The notes: a model not told the origin generated them from the sequence alone. DNA of 64,000 bases from Actinomycetota bacterium (GCA_018896525.1 JAHIMR010000065.1:8205-72204); one strand, 5' to 3'. Positions 1 to 9,908 are shown, numbered from the stretch's first letter. Made by a program: numbers and translations.

Positions 1-678
1 GACCTCTATCATCTTGCTGGAGGGGAACTTCCACCCCGGCGGGCAAGGCGCCAGAAGTTCAATGTACTTCGTCCCCCTTATCTCCCTGGCCTTCAGCATC
101 TTCTGATAGAAGTCGAGCGGGTAGGCCAGTGACGCGGTGGCCACGTAAGGTATCCTGTGGGCTATCATTATCTGGGCGATATCCTTGCGGTGCTGGACCT
201 TCCCCCCGGGAGTTGTCGTGGTCCAGGCCCCGATGGGCGTCGCGCCGCTCCTCTGGGTACCGGTGTTGGAGTACATCTCGTTGTTGTAGCAAACGTAGAT
301 AAAATCCGTCTCCCGCTCGGCGGCGCCCGAGAGGGCCTGTATGCCGATGTCGTAAGTACCCCCGTCGCCCGCCCACATCAGCACTGTCGGCTCCTCCTCC
401 AGTTCACCCCTCTTGACCAGCGCCTTGATCCCGGCGACGACTCCGGAGGCGGTGGCCCCCCCGGTGGCGAACGCGGCGTTCATGAGAGGGAGGTTGATTG
501 CGGAATGTGGGTAGGAGCCCTGAAGGACGGACGTGCACGACGCGACCACCAGCAGTATGGTGTTGGAGCCAAGCGCCTTGAACGCGATGCGCAAGGCGAG
601 GCTGGCCGGACAACCCTGGCAGGCGGTGCTACCGGCCAGAAACAGTTCCTCCTCCGGCAGACTCTTGAAGCTGACCAT
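1..678 (-). CDS. porB: 2-oxoacid (pyruvate):ferredoxin oxidoreductase beta subunit (TPP-binding), 3' end cut by window edge
   Basis: Manual minus-strand translation from ATG at 676-678: MVSFKSLPEEELFLAGSTACQGCPASLALR... with GDGG TPP-binding motif. AGGAG RBS upstream. Directly downstream of porA. Confidence 0.8.
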   Translation of the reverse strand, partial: MVSFKSLPEEELFLAGSTACQGCPASLALRIAFKALGSNTILLVVASCTSVLQGSYPHSAINLPLMNAAFATGGATASGVVAGIKALVKRGELEEEPTVLMWAGDGGTYDIGIQALSGAAERETDFIYVCYNNEMYSNTGTQRSGATPIGAWTTTTPGGKVQHRKDIAQIMIAHRIPYVATASLAYPLDFYQKMLKAREIRGTKYIELLAPCPPGWKFPSSKMIEV

Positions 679-744
679 GCTCTATCGATCTCCTTTTCTC
701 TACCGGCCCTGTGGGCTGAAAGCCAGTTTCAACCCCGGATGCGG

Positions 745-840
745 ACTAAAGTCCGCTTGCACCTCGGAGGGCGACAGGAACCCCCCCATCCCGGCCTTCC
801 CCTCAGAGGGGGGAAGGAGCGGAGTCGCCCCTCAAGTCGG
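745..840. repeat. short hairpin-type intergenic repeat in the por operon (CGGAGGGCGAC ... GCGCCCCTCAAGTCGGGG), copy 1
   Basis: Same flanking motifs at 2330-2400. GGAGGGCG and CGCCCCTC are near-complementary. Confidence 0.55.
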
Positions 841-844
841 GGGG

Positions 845-2056
845 TCAGTCCAGCATCTCCTCGAACCTGCCCAGCATCTCCTTTGTTATCTCATGCGACT
901 TGGTGGAGTGGGAATCGGCCCAGGTGATATCGTCTAACTCGCCTTTCCACGCCTTCACCGCCATCCGCTCTATGAGCTGGTGTGTCACGTCACGGCCGCC
1001 GAGCCCCATTATCAGGTTCCTCACCGGGATGTTCGTCCGTCCGTACAGGACGCCTTTCACCTCGCTGTAGAGCGCTCCGGAAAGACCGTAGGAGTAGTTA
1101 CGGTCCATCACCAGGAGGTCATCCCTGTCCTGGCACAGCCGCCTTATCTCCTCAACCGGGAACGGTCGGAAGAACCGCACCCGCAGCAACCCCACGCTGT
1201 GGCCCTCCTCCCTCAGGGAATCGACCGCGACCCTGCACTCGGCGGCGGCGCTCCCCATCGCCAGTATCAGGTGACGGGCGTCCTCCACACGGTACTCCTC
1301 GACCAGGTCTCCGTGCCACCGCCCGAACATCTCCTCGTACCCCTTTGCCGCCTCTCTAATAATCTCTCTCGCGTTTTCCTGGCCCTCCTTCATCGACTCC
1401 CGGGTCTCACTGAAATCCACCGGGTAGACAACCGAGCCGTGTGTAACCGGCAGGCGGGTGTCGAGTCTCCACCTTGGCCTGTACGGTGGCAGGTAACGTT
1501 TAACCTCCTCCGGGGAAGGAACCTCCGCGTCCATATACGTATGTGACAGCACGAACGCGTCAAGGTTCACCATCATCGGAAGAAGCACGTCCCGGTTTTC
1601 AGTCACCAGGAAAGCCTGTATGACCGTGTCGACGATCTCCTGGTGACTGGAAACGAAAACCTGGAGCCATCCGGTGTCCCGCTGGCTTATGGCATCCTGG
1701 TGGTCGCACCAGATGTTCCAGCCCGGGCCCAGGGCGCGGTTGATGTTGGCCATGACCACCGGGACGCGAATGCCGGCCGCGTAGTGGAGCATCTCGTGCA
1801 TGTATACCAGTCCGTGAGAGGCGGTGGCCGAGAAAGCCCTCACCCCGGTGAGAGACGCGGATATCAGCGCCGCGCAGGCGCTGTGCTCCGACTCCACCGG
1901 TATGTACTCGGCTTCCATCTCGCCTTCAGCTATGAGGTCCGCGATCTTCTCGATGACCTGTGTCTGTGGAGTTATAGGGTAAGCCGGGACCACCTCCACT
2001 CCCGCCGATCTCACCGCCAGCGCCACGAAATGGTTCCCGGTCTCGAGGACCCTCAC
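845..2056 (-). CDS. porA: 2-oxoacid:ferredoxin oxidoreductase alpha subunit
   Basis: 424-aa ORF 845..2119 has POR alpha-type N-terminus (VRVLETGNHFVALAVRSAGVEVVPAYPITPQT). Likely GTG start at 2056 overlaps the porD stop by 4 nt. Confidence 0.8.
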   Translation of the reverse strand: MRVLETGNHFVALAVRSAGVEVVPAYPITPQTQVIEKIADLIAEGEMEAEYIPVESEHSACAALISASLTGVRAFSATASHGLVYMHEMLHYAAGIRVPVVMANINRALGPGWNIWCDHQDAISQRDTGWLQVFVSSHQEIVDTVIQAFLVTENRDVLLPMMVNLDAFVLSHTYMDAEVPSPEEVKRYLPPYRPRWRLDTRLPVTHGSVVYPVDFSETRESMKEGQENAREIIREAAKGYEEMFGRWHGDLVEEYRVEDARHLILAMGSAAAECRVAVDSLREEGHSVGLLRVRFFRPFPVEEIRRLCQDRDDLLVMDRNYSYGLSGALYSEVKGVLYGRTNIPVRNLIMGLGGRDVTHQLIERMAVKAWKGELDDITWADSHSTKSHEITKEMLGRFEEMLD

Positions 2057-2322
2057 TGCTTCTCCTCCTTGACCATCGTAATCGCCCCTGTGGGGCATTC
2101 CACCGCGCAGATACCACACCCCTTGCAGTACTGATAGTCGATCTCTATATCTTTGGTTATCGTCGCCTCAGGGCAGAAGATCCAGCAAAGCAGGCAGTGG
2201 TTGCACTTCTCCTCGTCCTTGACGGGCTTGAAGACACGCCACTCGCCGGTGTCACCGGCGCACCCTTTTCCCGGCTTCGACATCGATGTCATATAGCCGA
2301 CTTTTTTTTCGTTTTTATCCAA
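2053..2322 (-). CDS. porD: POR delta subunit, 2x[4Fe-4S] ferredoxin
   Basis: 89 aa with two CxxCxxCxxxCP clusters (CNHCLLCWIFCP, CKGCGICAVECP). Confidence 0.85.
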   Translation of the reverse strand: MDKNEKKVGYMTSMSKPGKGCAGDTGEWRVFKPVKDEEKCNHCLLCWIFCPEATITKDIEIDYQYCKGCGICAVECPTGAITMVKEEKQ

Positions 2323-2329
2323 TCAAGTC

Positions 2330-2400
2330 ACTTCCCTCTAACGCCGGAGGGCGACTTTTATAGGCGCCCCTCAAGTCGGGGTTGCCCGCGTGACCTCCTC
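2330..2400. repeat. por-operon intergenic hairpin repeat, copy 2
   Basis: CGGAGGGCGACTTTTATAGGCGCCCCTCAAGTCGGGG between porG and porD. Confidence 0.55.
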
Positions 2401-2937
2401 AAACCCGCGCGTTACCGCGCTCCTGTACGCCTCAGGTCTCCCGGTCTTGTCCGCGATGGGCGATATGACCTCCATCGCCACCTCTAATGAAGCGGCCCCT
2501 GACTGTCTGGCCACCGCCCCGAACAGCGGCAGGTTGACCATCGGCATGCCGTCTATCTCCAGGCCCAGGTCGATGGCGATGCCGGTCGCGTCTACGCTGT
2601 AGACGTCCCGGCCGTACTCCGACGCCAACCGGTGGGCGAGTTCCTCTCCCCCGTTGATCAGGAATCGGCCATCCGGCGATATCCCCTCCTCCAGGGCGAC
2701 GGGAACCTGGTCGCGGTTCATCACCAGCAGGAGGTCCGGGCTGTAGACCTGGCTGCGCACGAATATCGCCTCTTCGCTGATTCGAAGGAAAGCCTTGACC
2801 GGTGAGCCGCGGCGCTCAGCGGCGAAAAAGTAGGACGCCTGCACGTGCAAGCCCTGCGCGTACCCCGCCCTGGCAACCCAGGTAACGAGGGTTACGGCAC
2901 CCTGCCCCCCCAGCCCATGCACCCTTATCTCAAGCAA
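2371..2937 (-). CDS. porG: POR gamma subunit
   Basis: 188 aa: MLEIRVHGLGGQGAVT... is the typical gamma-subunit start. Gene order gamma-delta-alpha-beta. Confidence 0.8.
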   Translation of the reverse strand: MLEIRVHGLGGQGAVTLVTWVARAGYAQGLHVQASYFFAAERRGSPVKAFLRISEEAIFVRSQVYSPDLLLVMNRDQVPVALEEGISPDGRFLINGGEELAHRLASEYGRDVYSVDATGIAIDLGLEIDGMPMVNLPLFGAVARQSGAASLEVAMEVISPIADKTGRPEAYRSAVTRGFEEVTRATPT

Positions 2938-3030
2938 CTCTCCGTACCTCTCTCACCGTAAACATAAAACCGCCGTCACAGGCCAGCACCCAGGCGGCAG
3001 ATAATATTAGCACGAAGGGTGGACCGGCAT

Positions 3031-3894
3031 TCAATCGTTCTCGCCGCCGTCCCTGCCCGACGGCTTCCTCCTGCGACCCTTCTTCACGCGTTGTTCCTTG
3101 CGCGACGCCAATTCCTTGATGGGCACCTCGATCCTGCGGCCCGCTTCCAGTTCCACGGCCACCATCCCCCGCGGAACCTGGTATCCAAGCACCCTGCCCT
3201 TTCCCTGTTCGGTTTCAACATGGCTTCCGATTGACGGGGCGCGTGAGTTGAAATCCCGGTAGGCCTCGACCTCGTACTTAAGGCAGCACATCAGCCGGCC
3301 GCAAATACCGCTGATCTTGGACGGGTTCAGGGGGAGGTCCTGCTCCTTGGCCATCTTGATGGAAACGGGATCGAAATCCAACAGGAACAGACTGCAACAG
3401 AGGTCCCTCCCGCACGGGCCGAGACCCCCGACCATCTTCGCCTCGTCGCGGACACCGACCTGGCGGAGCTCTATGCGTGCCTTGAGCTGGGACGCGAGGT
3501 CCTTGACCAGTTCCCGGAAGTCAACCCGCCCTTCCGCGGTGAAGTAGAAGACGATGCTGCTCCCGTCGAACACATACTCTACGTTCACCACCTTCATAAG
3601 AAGGCCGTGCTTCTTGATCAACCCGCGCGCGGCCCGGTAGGCTTCCTCCTTCCGATAAACGTTCTTCCGCTGGCGCTCCCTGTCGCTGGGAGTCGCCCTG
3701 CGCATGATCTTCTTGAGTGTCTCACCCATCTCTTCGGAGTAGACCTCCCTTATAGGCGACACCACCCGGCCGTAGCCGACACCCCTGGCCACCGGCACTA
3801 TGACCTCGTCCCCGGGCACCAGGGTAAGCCCCTCGGGGTCGTACAGATGCGCTTTCCCGCCGGGTTGAAAAGATACCCGCACCACCTTAGGCAT
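3031..3894 (-). CDS. ricT: PSP1 C-terminal domain protein (RicT/YaaT-like regulator)
   Basis: 287 aa with PSP1 domain and conserved Cys cluster (GPCGRDLCC...CGRLMCC). Sits upstream of holB as in many Gram-positive-type genomes. Confidence 0.7.
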   Translation of the reverse strand: MPKVVRVSFQPGGKAHLYDPEGLTLVPGDEVIVPVARGVGYGRVVSPIREVYSEEMGETLKKIMRRATPSDRERQRKNVYRKEEAYRAARGLIKKHGLLMKVVNVEYVFDGSSIVFYFTAEGRVDFRELVKDLASQLKARIELRQVGVRDEAKMVGGLGPCGRDLCCSLFLLDFDPVSIKMAKEQDLPLNPSKISGICGRLMCCLKYEVEAYRDFNSRAPSIGSHVETEQGKGRVLGYQVPRGMVAVELEAGRRIEVPIKELASRKEQRVKKGRRRKPSGRDGGEND

Positions 3895-5011
3895 AGAGCA
3901 CTCCCTTTATGCCCAGCATGGTGCTCTCAATATTCAGTTGCGCCGGAACGTTCTGTTCCGCGGCCCTCATGCTCTCTCCAATCATGTCCATGCACTCCAG
4001 CAGATCCCACTCGCCTAGGAATCCCGACTCGGAGGCTATCTCATCCTCCATGTCCCTGTTTATCAGGAGCGCGGCATCGCCACCTTCCCCCCATATTAGA
4101 ATATCACGATACCACCAGGAGATCGTTGACAGGACCTCCTTGACGCCCCGTATCTCCTCCTTCACCTGCTCACGCCGGCACTCCTCGTCCAGGTTCTTGC
4201 TCAGTGACTTCACCGTTCCGTTATCGAGGGAACCGTCGGCCAAGCCGTCCTTTTTCTCCTTGTAGCGTGACACCAGTTCGTCCACCGGCGCACGCACATC
4301 CCTGAACAGCTCGGCCGCCATCTCCAGTATCTGGTTGATGTCCGCCCTTCGCAGGGCCCGTGTCGCCCTTATCACGTTGTCCCGCCTGGCCAGGCGCCAC
4401 GGTTCGTCACACCAGTCCAGCGCCCTCCCCAGCACACCGCCGGTCAGCCGCACCACCAGGTCCGCCCTGTCGGGGGAAATGTCCCTGGTGGAGAGAAGAT
4501 GCTCCTTCAGTTCGTCCGGGGGGATGCGCGTGAACCGTATCTCCTGGCAGCGCGAGAGAATAGTGGGAAGCAGCGCCCCGGGGTTCGCGGTCACCAGTAT
4601 GAAAACGATGTTGCCAGGCGGCTCCTCGAGCACCTTCAGCAGCGTCGAGGCGCCCTCCTCCCACATCCTCTCCGCGTTCTTGATGATAAACACCTTAATG
4701 TCGGACTCGATAGGCTTGCGGAACGCGTCCAGCCGTATCTCGCGTATTTTCTCCACCGGAATGTTCTTCCCCGCGGGCCTCACCACGGTCACGTCAGGAT
4801 GCTTTTCGGTGATAACCCTCCTGCAGATGTTGCACTCACCACAACCGTTGTCGGGACACAGCAAGGCGGCGGCAAATGCGCGGGCCACTATGAACTTCCC
4901 CACCGCGGATGGTCCGGTAAATAGGTAAGCGTGGTTGATGTTCCCCTGCTCGACCGCTCTCTGAAGGCTCGACTTGGCCGCCCGGTGGCCCACCACCTCG
5001 TCGAAGAGCAT
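3887..5011 (-). CDS. holB: DNA polymerase III delta-prime subunit
   Basis: 374 aa: AYLFTGPSAVGKFIVARAFAAALLCPDNGCGECNICRRV matches the clamp-loader delta-prime Walker A/zinc module. Overlaps ricT by 8 nt. Confidence 0.8.
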   Translation of the reverse strand: MLFDEVVGHRAAKSSLQRAVEQGNINHAYLFTGPSAVGKFIVARAFAAALLCPDNGCGECNICRRVITEKHPDVTVVRPAGKNIPVEKIREIRLDAFRKPIESDIKVFIIKNAERMWEEGASTLLKVLEEPPGNIVFILVTANPGALLPTILSRCQEIRFTRIPPDELKEHLLSTRDISPDRADLVVRLTGGVLGRALDWCDEPWRLARRDNVIRATRALRRADINQILEMAAELFRDVRAPVDELVSRYKEKKDGLADGSLDNGTVKSLSKNLDEECRREQVKEEIRGVKEVLSTISWWYRDILIWGEGGDAALLINRDMEDEIASESGFLGEWDLLECMDMIGESMRAAEQNVPAQLNIESTMLGIKGVLYA

Positions 5012-5015
5012 GATT

Positions 5016-5181
5016 CAGTACCCCGCTCCATAGATACGCTGGCATTCGAACGCCGCTGCATCCACACCGGCTGCGTTCCGCTCCCTCGAAGTACTACAGA
5101 AGTACGTCTCGGTCCCGCGCCTTGCCGGAGCGGCGCTTCGACGCTCTCTGTGCTTAACCGTATCCATGGAACGAGGCACTA
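5016..5181. repeat. family-1 MIRU/REP-like intergenic element (orientation A), filling the tmk-stop to holB-start gap
   Basis: Shares a TIR-like CCATAGATACG...CGTATCCATGG with 5 other loci. Its 3' end ...GGCACTACTA contains the tmk stop codon. Confidence 0.8.
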
Positions 5182-5853
5182 CTAACTCTCCTGCATAACT
5201 CTATTGACCTCCAAGAGTACCCGCTTGTGGACCGCCCCGGGGTTCCCCCGCGCGTCTACCAGCACAAACCGGGGATGAATCCTCTCCAGCATGTCGTAGG
5301 CATTCCGGACGTTACGGTGAAACTCCAGTGATTCCAGCTCGATTCGATCCCGCTCGAGTTCACCGGCCCTTTTCAGCCCCTCCTCCAGGGGCAGGTCCAG
5401 CATAATGGTGAGATCCGGCTCGAGTTCACCGGTAGCCCATTCGTTGAGGTTCTTTACCGCCTCCAGGCCGCAACCTCTTCCCACGCCCTGATACGCCAGT
5501 GAGCTGTCAACGTAACGGTCGGCAACAACTATTTTTTTCGCCTGGAGCGCGGGGCGCACGACATCCCTGATCTGCTGCGCCCGGTCCGCCGCGAACAGCA
5601 GCGCCTCGGTAATGGGAGCGATGTCGCCCAGGCGGGTGTCTAACAGTATCTCCCGTATCTTCTCCCCCACGGCCGTCCCGCCGGGCTCTCGCACCATCAC
5701 CACTTCCCGGCCCTCCAGGCGCAGGTGCTCGGCGATCATCTCGGCCTGCGTGGTCTTGCCACATCCCTCGGTTCCCTCGAACGTGATGAACTTTCCCTTT
5801 TTTTCCTCGAACTCCTCGGCACCTGAAAGCGATTCGGCGTCTTTTTTCATCAT
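5182..5853 (-). CDS. tmk: thymidylate kinase
   Basis: KGKFITFEGTEGCGKTTQ P-loop. The ORF track extends to 5985 but reads into a repeat element. The MMKKD start at 5853 gives the normal length. Confidence 0.8.
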   Translation of the reverse strand: MMKKDAESLSGAEEFEEKKGKFITFEGTEGCGKTTQAEMIAEHLRLEGREVVMVREPGGTAVGEKIREILLDTRLGDIAPITEALLFAADRAQQIRDVVRPALQAKKIVVADRYVDSSLAYQGVGRGCGLEAVKNLNEWATGELEPDLTIMLDLPLEEGLKRAGELERDRIELESLEFHRNVRNAYDMLERIHPRFVLVDARGNPGAVHKRVLLEVNRVMQES

Positions 5854-5894
5854 TGCTCCTCCCGTAACCTGATACTTCTGAAGGTCGCGACCCC

Positions 5895-6072
5895 TGCCAA
5901 CCCTTATTTTACTACTGTTCCGTCTCATAAGTACGGTGACGCACCGAGAGCGTCGGTGCGCCGCGCCGGCAAGGCGCGCGACCAAGGCGTACTCCCTGAG
6001 TACGTCGCAGGGAGCGGAACGCAGCAGGAGCGGATGCAGCGGCGTTCGAATGCCATTGTACTTATGAGACGG
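5895..6072. repeat. family-1 element (orientation B) between tmk and the fumarase beta gene
   Basis: Near-identical modules CACCGAGAGCGTCG..GCGCCG..GGCAAGGCGCGCGAC and GAGGGAGCGGAACGCAGC..GGATGCAGCGGCGTTCGAATGCCA. Confidence 0.8.
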
Positions 6073-6076
6073 GACA

Positions 6077-6637
6077 TTACTTGTCGCGCCGGTACAGCGC
6101 GCGTTGCGCGGCGAGGTGATCGCGCCCGGCGGAGTCGATGGCCACCACCGCCGGGAAGTCGTTCAGAGAGACCCTGCGCACCGCCTCCGGCCCCAGGTCC
6201 TCCCAGGCGACCATCTCGATGCCATCCACCCGGGAGCCAAGTAGAGCGGCGACCCCCCCCACCACGGTGAAGTAGATTGCGCCGTGCTCCCGGTGCTTCG
6301 CCCCGGCCTCCTCCCCAAGGGGTCCCTTCCCCAGGACCGCGACAACGCCGCTGTCCAGGAGAAGCGGCAGGAACCGGTCCATGCGCGCCGACGTTGTGGG
6401 GCCTATCGCGGCGCACGGCCTCCCCGCGCCCGGAGGGGTAGGGGCGGCGTAGAAGACCAGTTGCCCGGCGAGGTCGAACGGAGGCTCGTCGCCGGCGGCG
6501 GCCAGCGCCTCCATCCTGGCCAGTGCCGCGTCGCGAAGCGTCAGCACGTCGCCGGTGAGCAGGACCTCATCCCCGGCGACAAGGCCCTCGAGCGCTCCCG
6601 GCTCAGGTGGCAGCGTTAGCCTCTTCAACCACCTCAC
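6077..6637 (-). CDS. fumB: class I fumarate hydratase / L(+)-tartrate dehydratase beta subunit (Fe-S hydro-lyase C-terminal domain)
   Basis: 186 aa. Similar to FumB/TtdB beta subunits (GDEVLLTGDVLTLRDAA...FYAAPTPP...VVAVLGKG). Confidence 0.65.
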   Translation of the reverse strand: MRWLKRLTLPPEPGALEGLVAGDEVLLTGDVLTLRDAALARMEALAAAGDEPPFDLAGQLVFYAAPTPPGAGRPCAAIGPTTSARMDRFLPLLLDSGVVAVLGKGPLGEEAGAKHREHGAIYFTVVGGVAALLGSRVDGIEMVAWEDLGPEAVRRVSLNDFPAVVAIDSAGRDHLAAQRALYRRDK

Positions 6638-8066
6638 CCCCTTCTCCGTAGCCGGAGTTAAAGTATCTATGGAGCGACCTTATTGAGAATACACCGCCGA
6701 TAATCACCAGTGCTCCCCCCACCATCAGAGCGAGCATCGCGGGGTAGACGCTCTTGGTCATTATCCCCAGGTCCACGCTTTTGTATACAGGGTTGTCCGC
6801 GGTCCACGGAATCCACTTCTCAAGAAGCCATGCCAGCAGCGCGAATACCCCCATCGACACCAGCATGCAGGTGCGCATTATCGTCTGCAGCGCGGCGAAC
6901 ACCCTGCCCCGCACCTCGGGTGCGAGGTTCTTATGCAGCATGGTGTAGGCGGTCACTATCAGGTAGCCCAGGAACACGCCGCCGGTGGCGATCACCAGCA
7001 GGGAGAGCGGGTAAAAATCCACCAGCGCGAAAGCTACCATCGCCACCCCGAAGCCGACCACCGCGCGGCCGAACCACTTCTCAACTGGAAACCTCTTTCC
7101 CGCCCAGGGGGCCACTGCCGCCCCGACCACGACCCCGCAGAGGAGGACGGTAAGTATCAGCGTGAACTGCTCCCCGACCGCACCCATGACCTGCTCGGCG
7201 AACGGCGCGCCCAGTATGTAAAGGGAGCCGCCGCCTATGAAGCCGATTACCATTACCCCCAGGATGGAGCGCGTGAGTTGGTTCTCCCACATATAACGCA
7301 GGCCTTCTTTCAGGTCTGCCCATATGTGCGATGAAGAGATCTCGGGCCTCTTCTCCCACCGCCGGGGGAAAGCGATGGTGAATATCAACATCGCGGAGGC
7401 GAGGAACGTCAGCGCGTCAACGATGAACGCGAACCGGTGCTGGAACTGCGCCATCTCCGTCATGTTGGAGACAAACGGAAAGTACCTGTATATCAGGGCC
7501 GCGAAACCGAGTATCACGGTGGCTATCATCGTGCCCAGCGCCATGGTGAGGTAGGTGCTGGTGGACATCAGGGAGTTTGCGGTCATCACGTCCTTTGGTT
7601 TGACCAGGTCGGGGATGGAGGCGTCCCTGGCGGGGCCGAACAGCAATGTGAAGCACTCTATTCCAAACACCAGCCCGCAGATCATCGCCAGTGAGTTTGA
7701 GAACGCGAGGAAGATCACCAGCACCGCCCGGGCGATCTCGCTGAAGATCATAATGGTCTTGCGCTCCAGCCGGTCCACCACGACCCCGGCGACAAGTCCG
7801 AAGAGGAACGCGGGCAGAAACCGGAAGAACATCATCCAGAAAAGACCACTCGACCCGCCCAGGCGGTTGACGGCGTCGAGGAGCACCCCCACGATGACCC
7901 AGTCACCGATGCCCGAAATTCCCTGCCCGATCCACAGGGCGCGGAAGCCCCGGTTGCCCAGCACCTTGCGGAACCCGGTTATCTCCAGCGCCACCCCGGC
8001 GCTGGGATTCTCCCCATCCCCTCCTGTCTCACCTGCCCGCGATGTATCGTTTGCTTCTTCATCCAC
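6603..8066 (-). CDS. MFS transporter
   Basis: 487 aa with about 12 predicted hydrophobic helices. N-terminal RALWIGQGISGIGDW is MFS_1-like. Confidence 0.65.
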   Translation of the reverse strand: MDEEANDTSRAGETGGDGENPSAGVALEITGFRKVLGNRGFRALWIGQGISGIGDWVIVGVLLDAVNRLGGSSGLFWMMFFRFLPAFLFGLVAGVVVDRLERKTIMIFSEIARAVLVIFLAFSNSLAMICGLVFGIECFTLLFGPARDASIPDLVKPKDVMTANSLMSTSTYLTMALGTMIATVILGFAALIYRYFPFVSNMTEMAQFQHRFAFIVDALTFLASAMLIFTIAFPRRWEKRPEISSSHIWADLKEGLRYMWENQLTRSILGVMVIGFIGGGSLYILGAPFAEQVMGAVGEQFTLILTVLLCGVVVGAAVAPWAGKRFPVEKWFGRAVVGFGVAMVAFALVDFYPLSLLVIATGGVFLGYLIVTAYTMLHKNLAPEVRGRVFAALQTIMRTCMLVSMGVFALLAWLLEKWIPWTADNPVYKSVDLGIMTKSVYPAMLALMVGGALVIIGGVFSIRSLHRYFNSGYGEGGEVVEEANAAT

Positions 8067-8078
8067 GGTGAGCAGCCC

Positions 8079-8921
8079 CTATATGGTAATTACCTTGCGC
8101 CGTAGCGAGTGACAGTTAACGGAGAGCGCCACCGGCAGCGTGGCCATGTGGCACGGGGCCTCGAGTATCCTCGCTCCGATGCAGGTGACGGTGCCGCCGA
8201 GCGCGCCCGGCCCAATGCCCATCCGGTTTACCGCCTCGACCAACTCCTCCTCGTGGCCCGATACCACCGGGTCGGGGTTCTTCTCGTCCAGGGGAGTGAG
8301 CAGTGCCCTCTTCGCCAGTTTCGGGGCCACGTCAAAGCTCCCGCCTATGCCTACCCCCAGCACCAGGGGCGGGCAGGCCCCGGCCCCTTTTTCCTCTACC
8401 GCCTCGAGAATAAACTCAAGTACTCCACGCCAGCCGGCCCCGGGAGGCAGCATCACCATGCCCGATGCCATCTCGCATCCCCCTCCCTTGGCCAGTACCC
8501 CCAGCGTGGTTTCGTCACCACCTGAGACGCACACTTCCAGGAGTGGGGGCGTGTTGTCACCGGTATTCTCCCGCCCGCGGGCGGGATCCTCCACCACCGA
8601 GGGGCGGAGCGAACAACGCTTTGTGGCCCTGGCCAGCGCCGCGGACGCCTCGGCCGCGAACTCCCCGTCCAGGGCGGTGCCGGTGCCAAGCGTTAGGTAA
8701 ACCGTGAACACCCCGGTGTCCTGGCACAGCGGAACTCCGAGCCTTCGCGCCTCATCGGCGTTCTCCAGTATCATGTCTATCACGCTACGCCCGGTGGGGG
8801 ATTCCTCGCTGACGCGGTAAAGTGAAAGGGCCTCCACGACATCCGGGGGGAGTTCGGTAGACACCTCCTCGCACAGCGATTCGACCATGTGGCCGAGCCT
8901 GCGGGCGGAAAGCACTCTCAT
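8079..8921 (-). CDS. fumA: class I fumarate hydratase / tartrate dehydratase alpha subunit (Fe-S hydro-lyase N-terminal domain)
   Basis: 280 aa with catalytic-domain similarity (CQDTGVFTVYL, GGG...GIGGSFD). Confidence 0.65.
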   Translation of the reverse strand: MRVLSARRLGHMVESLCEEVSTELPPDVVEALSLYRVSEESPTGRSVIDMILENADEARRLGVPLCQDTGVFTVYLTLGTGTALDGEFAAEASAALARATKRCSLRPSVVEDPARGRENTGDNTPPLLEVCVSGGDETTLGVLAKGGGCEMASGMVMLPPGAGWRGVLEFILEAVEEKGAGACPPLVLGVGIGGSFDVAPKLAKRALLTPLDEKNPDPVVSGHEEELVEAVNRMGIGPGALGGTVTCIGARILEAPCHMATLPVALSVNCHSLRRKVITI

Positions 8922-9853
8922 CAGAATAGACCATCCGGGAGGTCAGAAACCCTCTTCCTGACGCCTTCCGCCGCGCGCCCCAGCATCCGGCGCTCCCCAT
9001 CGGATAGAGAAAACTCAACGACCTCGGCGACTCCGCCCCGGCCCAACCGCGCCGGAACACCCAGGAACAGCCCGCTTATCCCGTACTCTCCGCCCAGAAA
9101 CGCCGAAACCGGCAGCACGTCCCCGGTGTCGGTAAGGATTGCCATCGCCATGACCCCTACGGAAACCGCCGGGGCGAAGTATGCGCTTCCGCTCTTCAGG
9201 TGACTCACGATCTCGGCGCCGCCGCCGCGGGTGCGCTCCACCACTTCAGCCAGCGTGTCGGGCTCAACCGACTCGCTGAGCGACTCGCCCCCCGATCTTG
9301 ACCAGTCCACCAGCGGCACCATGTCGTCCCCGTGCGTCCCCAGCACCATGGCCTCGACATCGCTCGCGGGGCGAGACGCTATCCGGTTCAGGAAGCAGAA
9401 GAAACGTGACGTGTCCAGGACTCCCGCCATCCCCATTATCTTGCGCTCGGGAAAGGAACCCGCCTTCCAGGCGAGATAGGTCATCTCGTCAACCGGGTTG
9501 GTCACCACCACTACCACGGCGCCAGGCGCGGACCGCGCGGTTTCCCTGGCGATAGACGTCACGATCGGCGCGTTCCGGGATGTCAGGTCGGACCGGGACA
9601 TGCCTGGCAGGCGGGGATGGCCCGCGGTGATTATCACCATGTCGGAATCAGCTACCGCCCCCGGGTCTGCCCCACCCTCCAGGCGGGAGCACGAATCCGT
9701 ATACTGAAGAGACTGCTCGATGTCCAGCGCCAGCCCGCGGGCCCTGCCCTCCTCCACATCGACCAGCGCCACCTCCACGCTCGATGAAAGAGCAAGATAG
9801 AAAGCGGTGGTGGCGCCTACGTGGCCCGCGCCGAATATAGTTACCTTGTCCAT
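8921..9853 (-). CDS. mdh: LDH-like malate (or lactate) dehydrogenase
   Basis: MDKVTIFGAGHVGATTA Rossmann start at 9853. The ITAGHPR and VVTNPVD motifs are present. The ORF-track 5' extension to 10315 is a spurious read-through. Confidence 0.8.
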   Translation of the reverse strand: MDKVTIFGAGHVGATTAFYLALSSSVEVALVDVEEGRARGLALDIEQSLQYTDSCSRLEGGADPGAVADSDMVIITAGHPRLPGMSRSDLTSRNAPIVTSIARETARSAPGAVVVVVTNPVDEMTYLAWKAGSFPERKIMGMAGVLDTSRFFCFLNRIASRPASDVEAMVLGTHGDDMVPLVDWSRSGGESLSESVEPDTLAEVVERTRGGGAEIVSHLKSGSAYFAPAVSVGVMAMAILTDTGDVLPVSAFLGGEYGISGLFLGVPARLGRGGVAEVVEFSLSDGERRMLGRAAEGVRKRVSDLPDGLF

Positions 9854-9908
9854 GCCGTCCTCATTATTAGCTGGAACGCGACCCCTCCTCCTCCCCGGTA
9901 CCCGGCTC

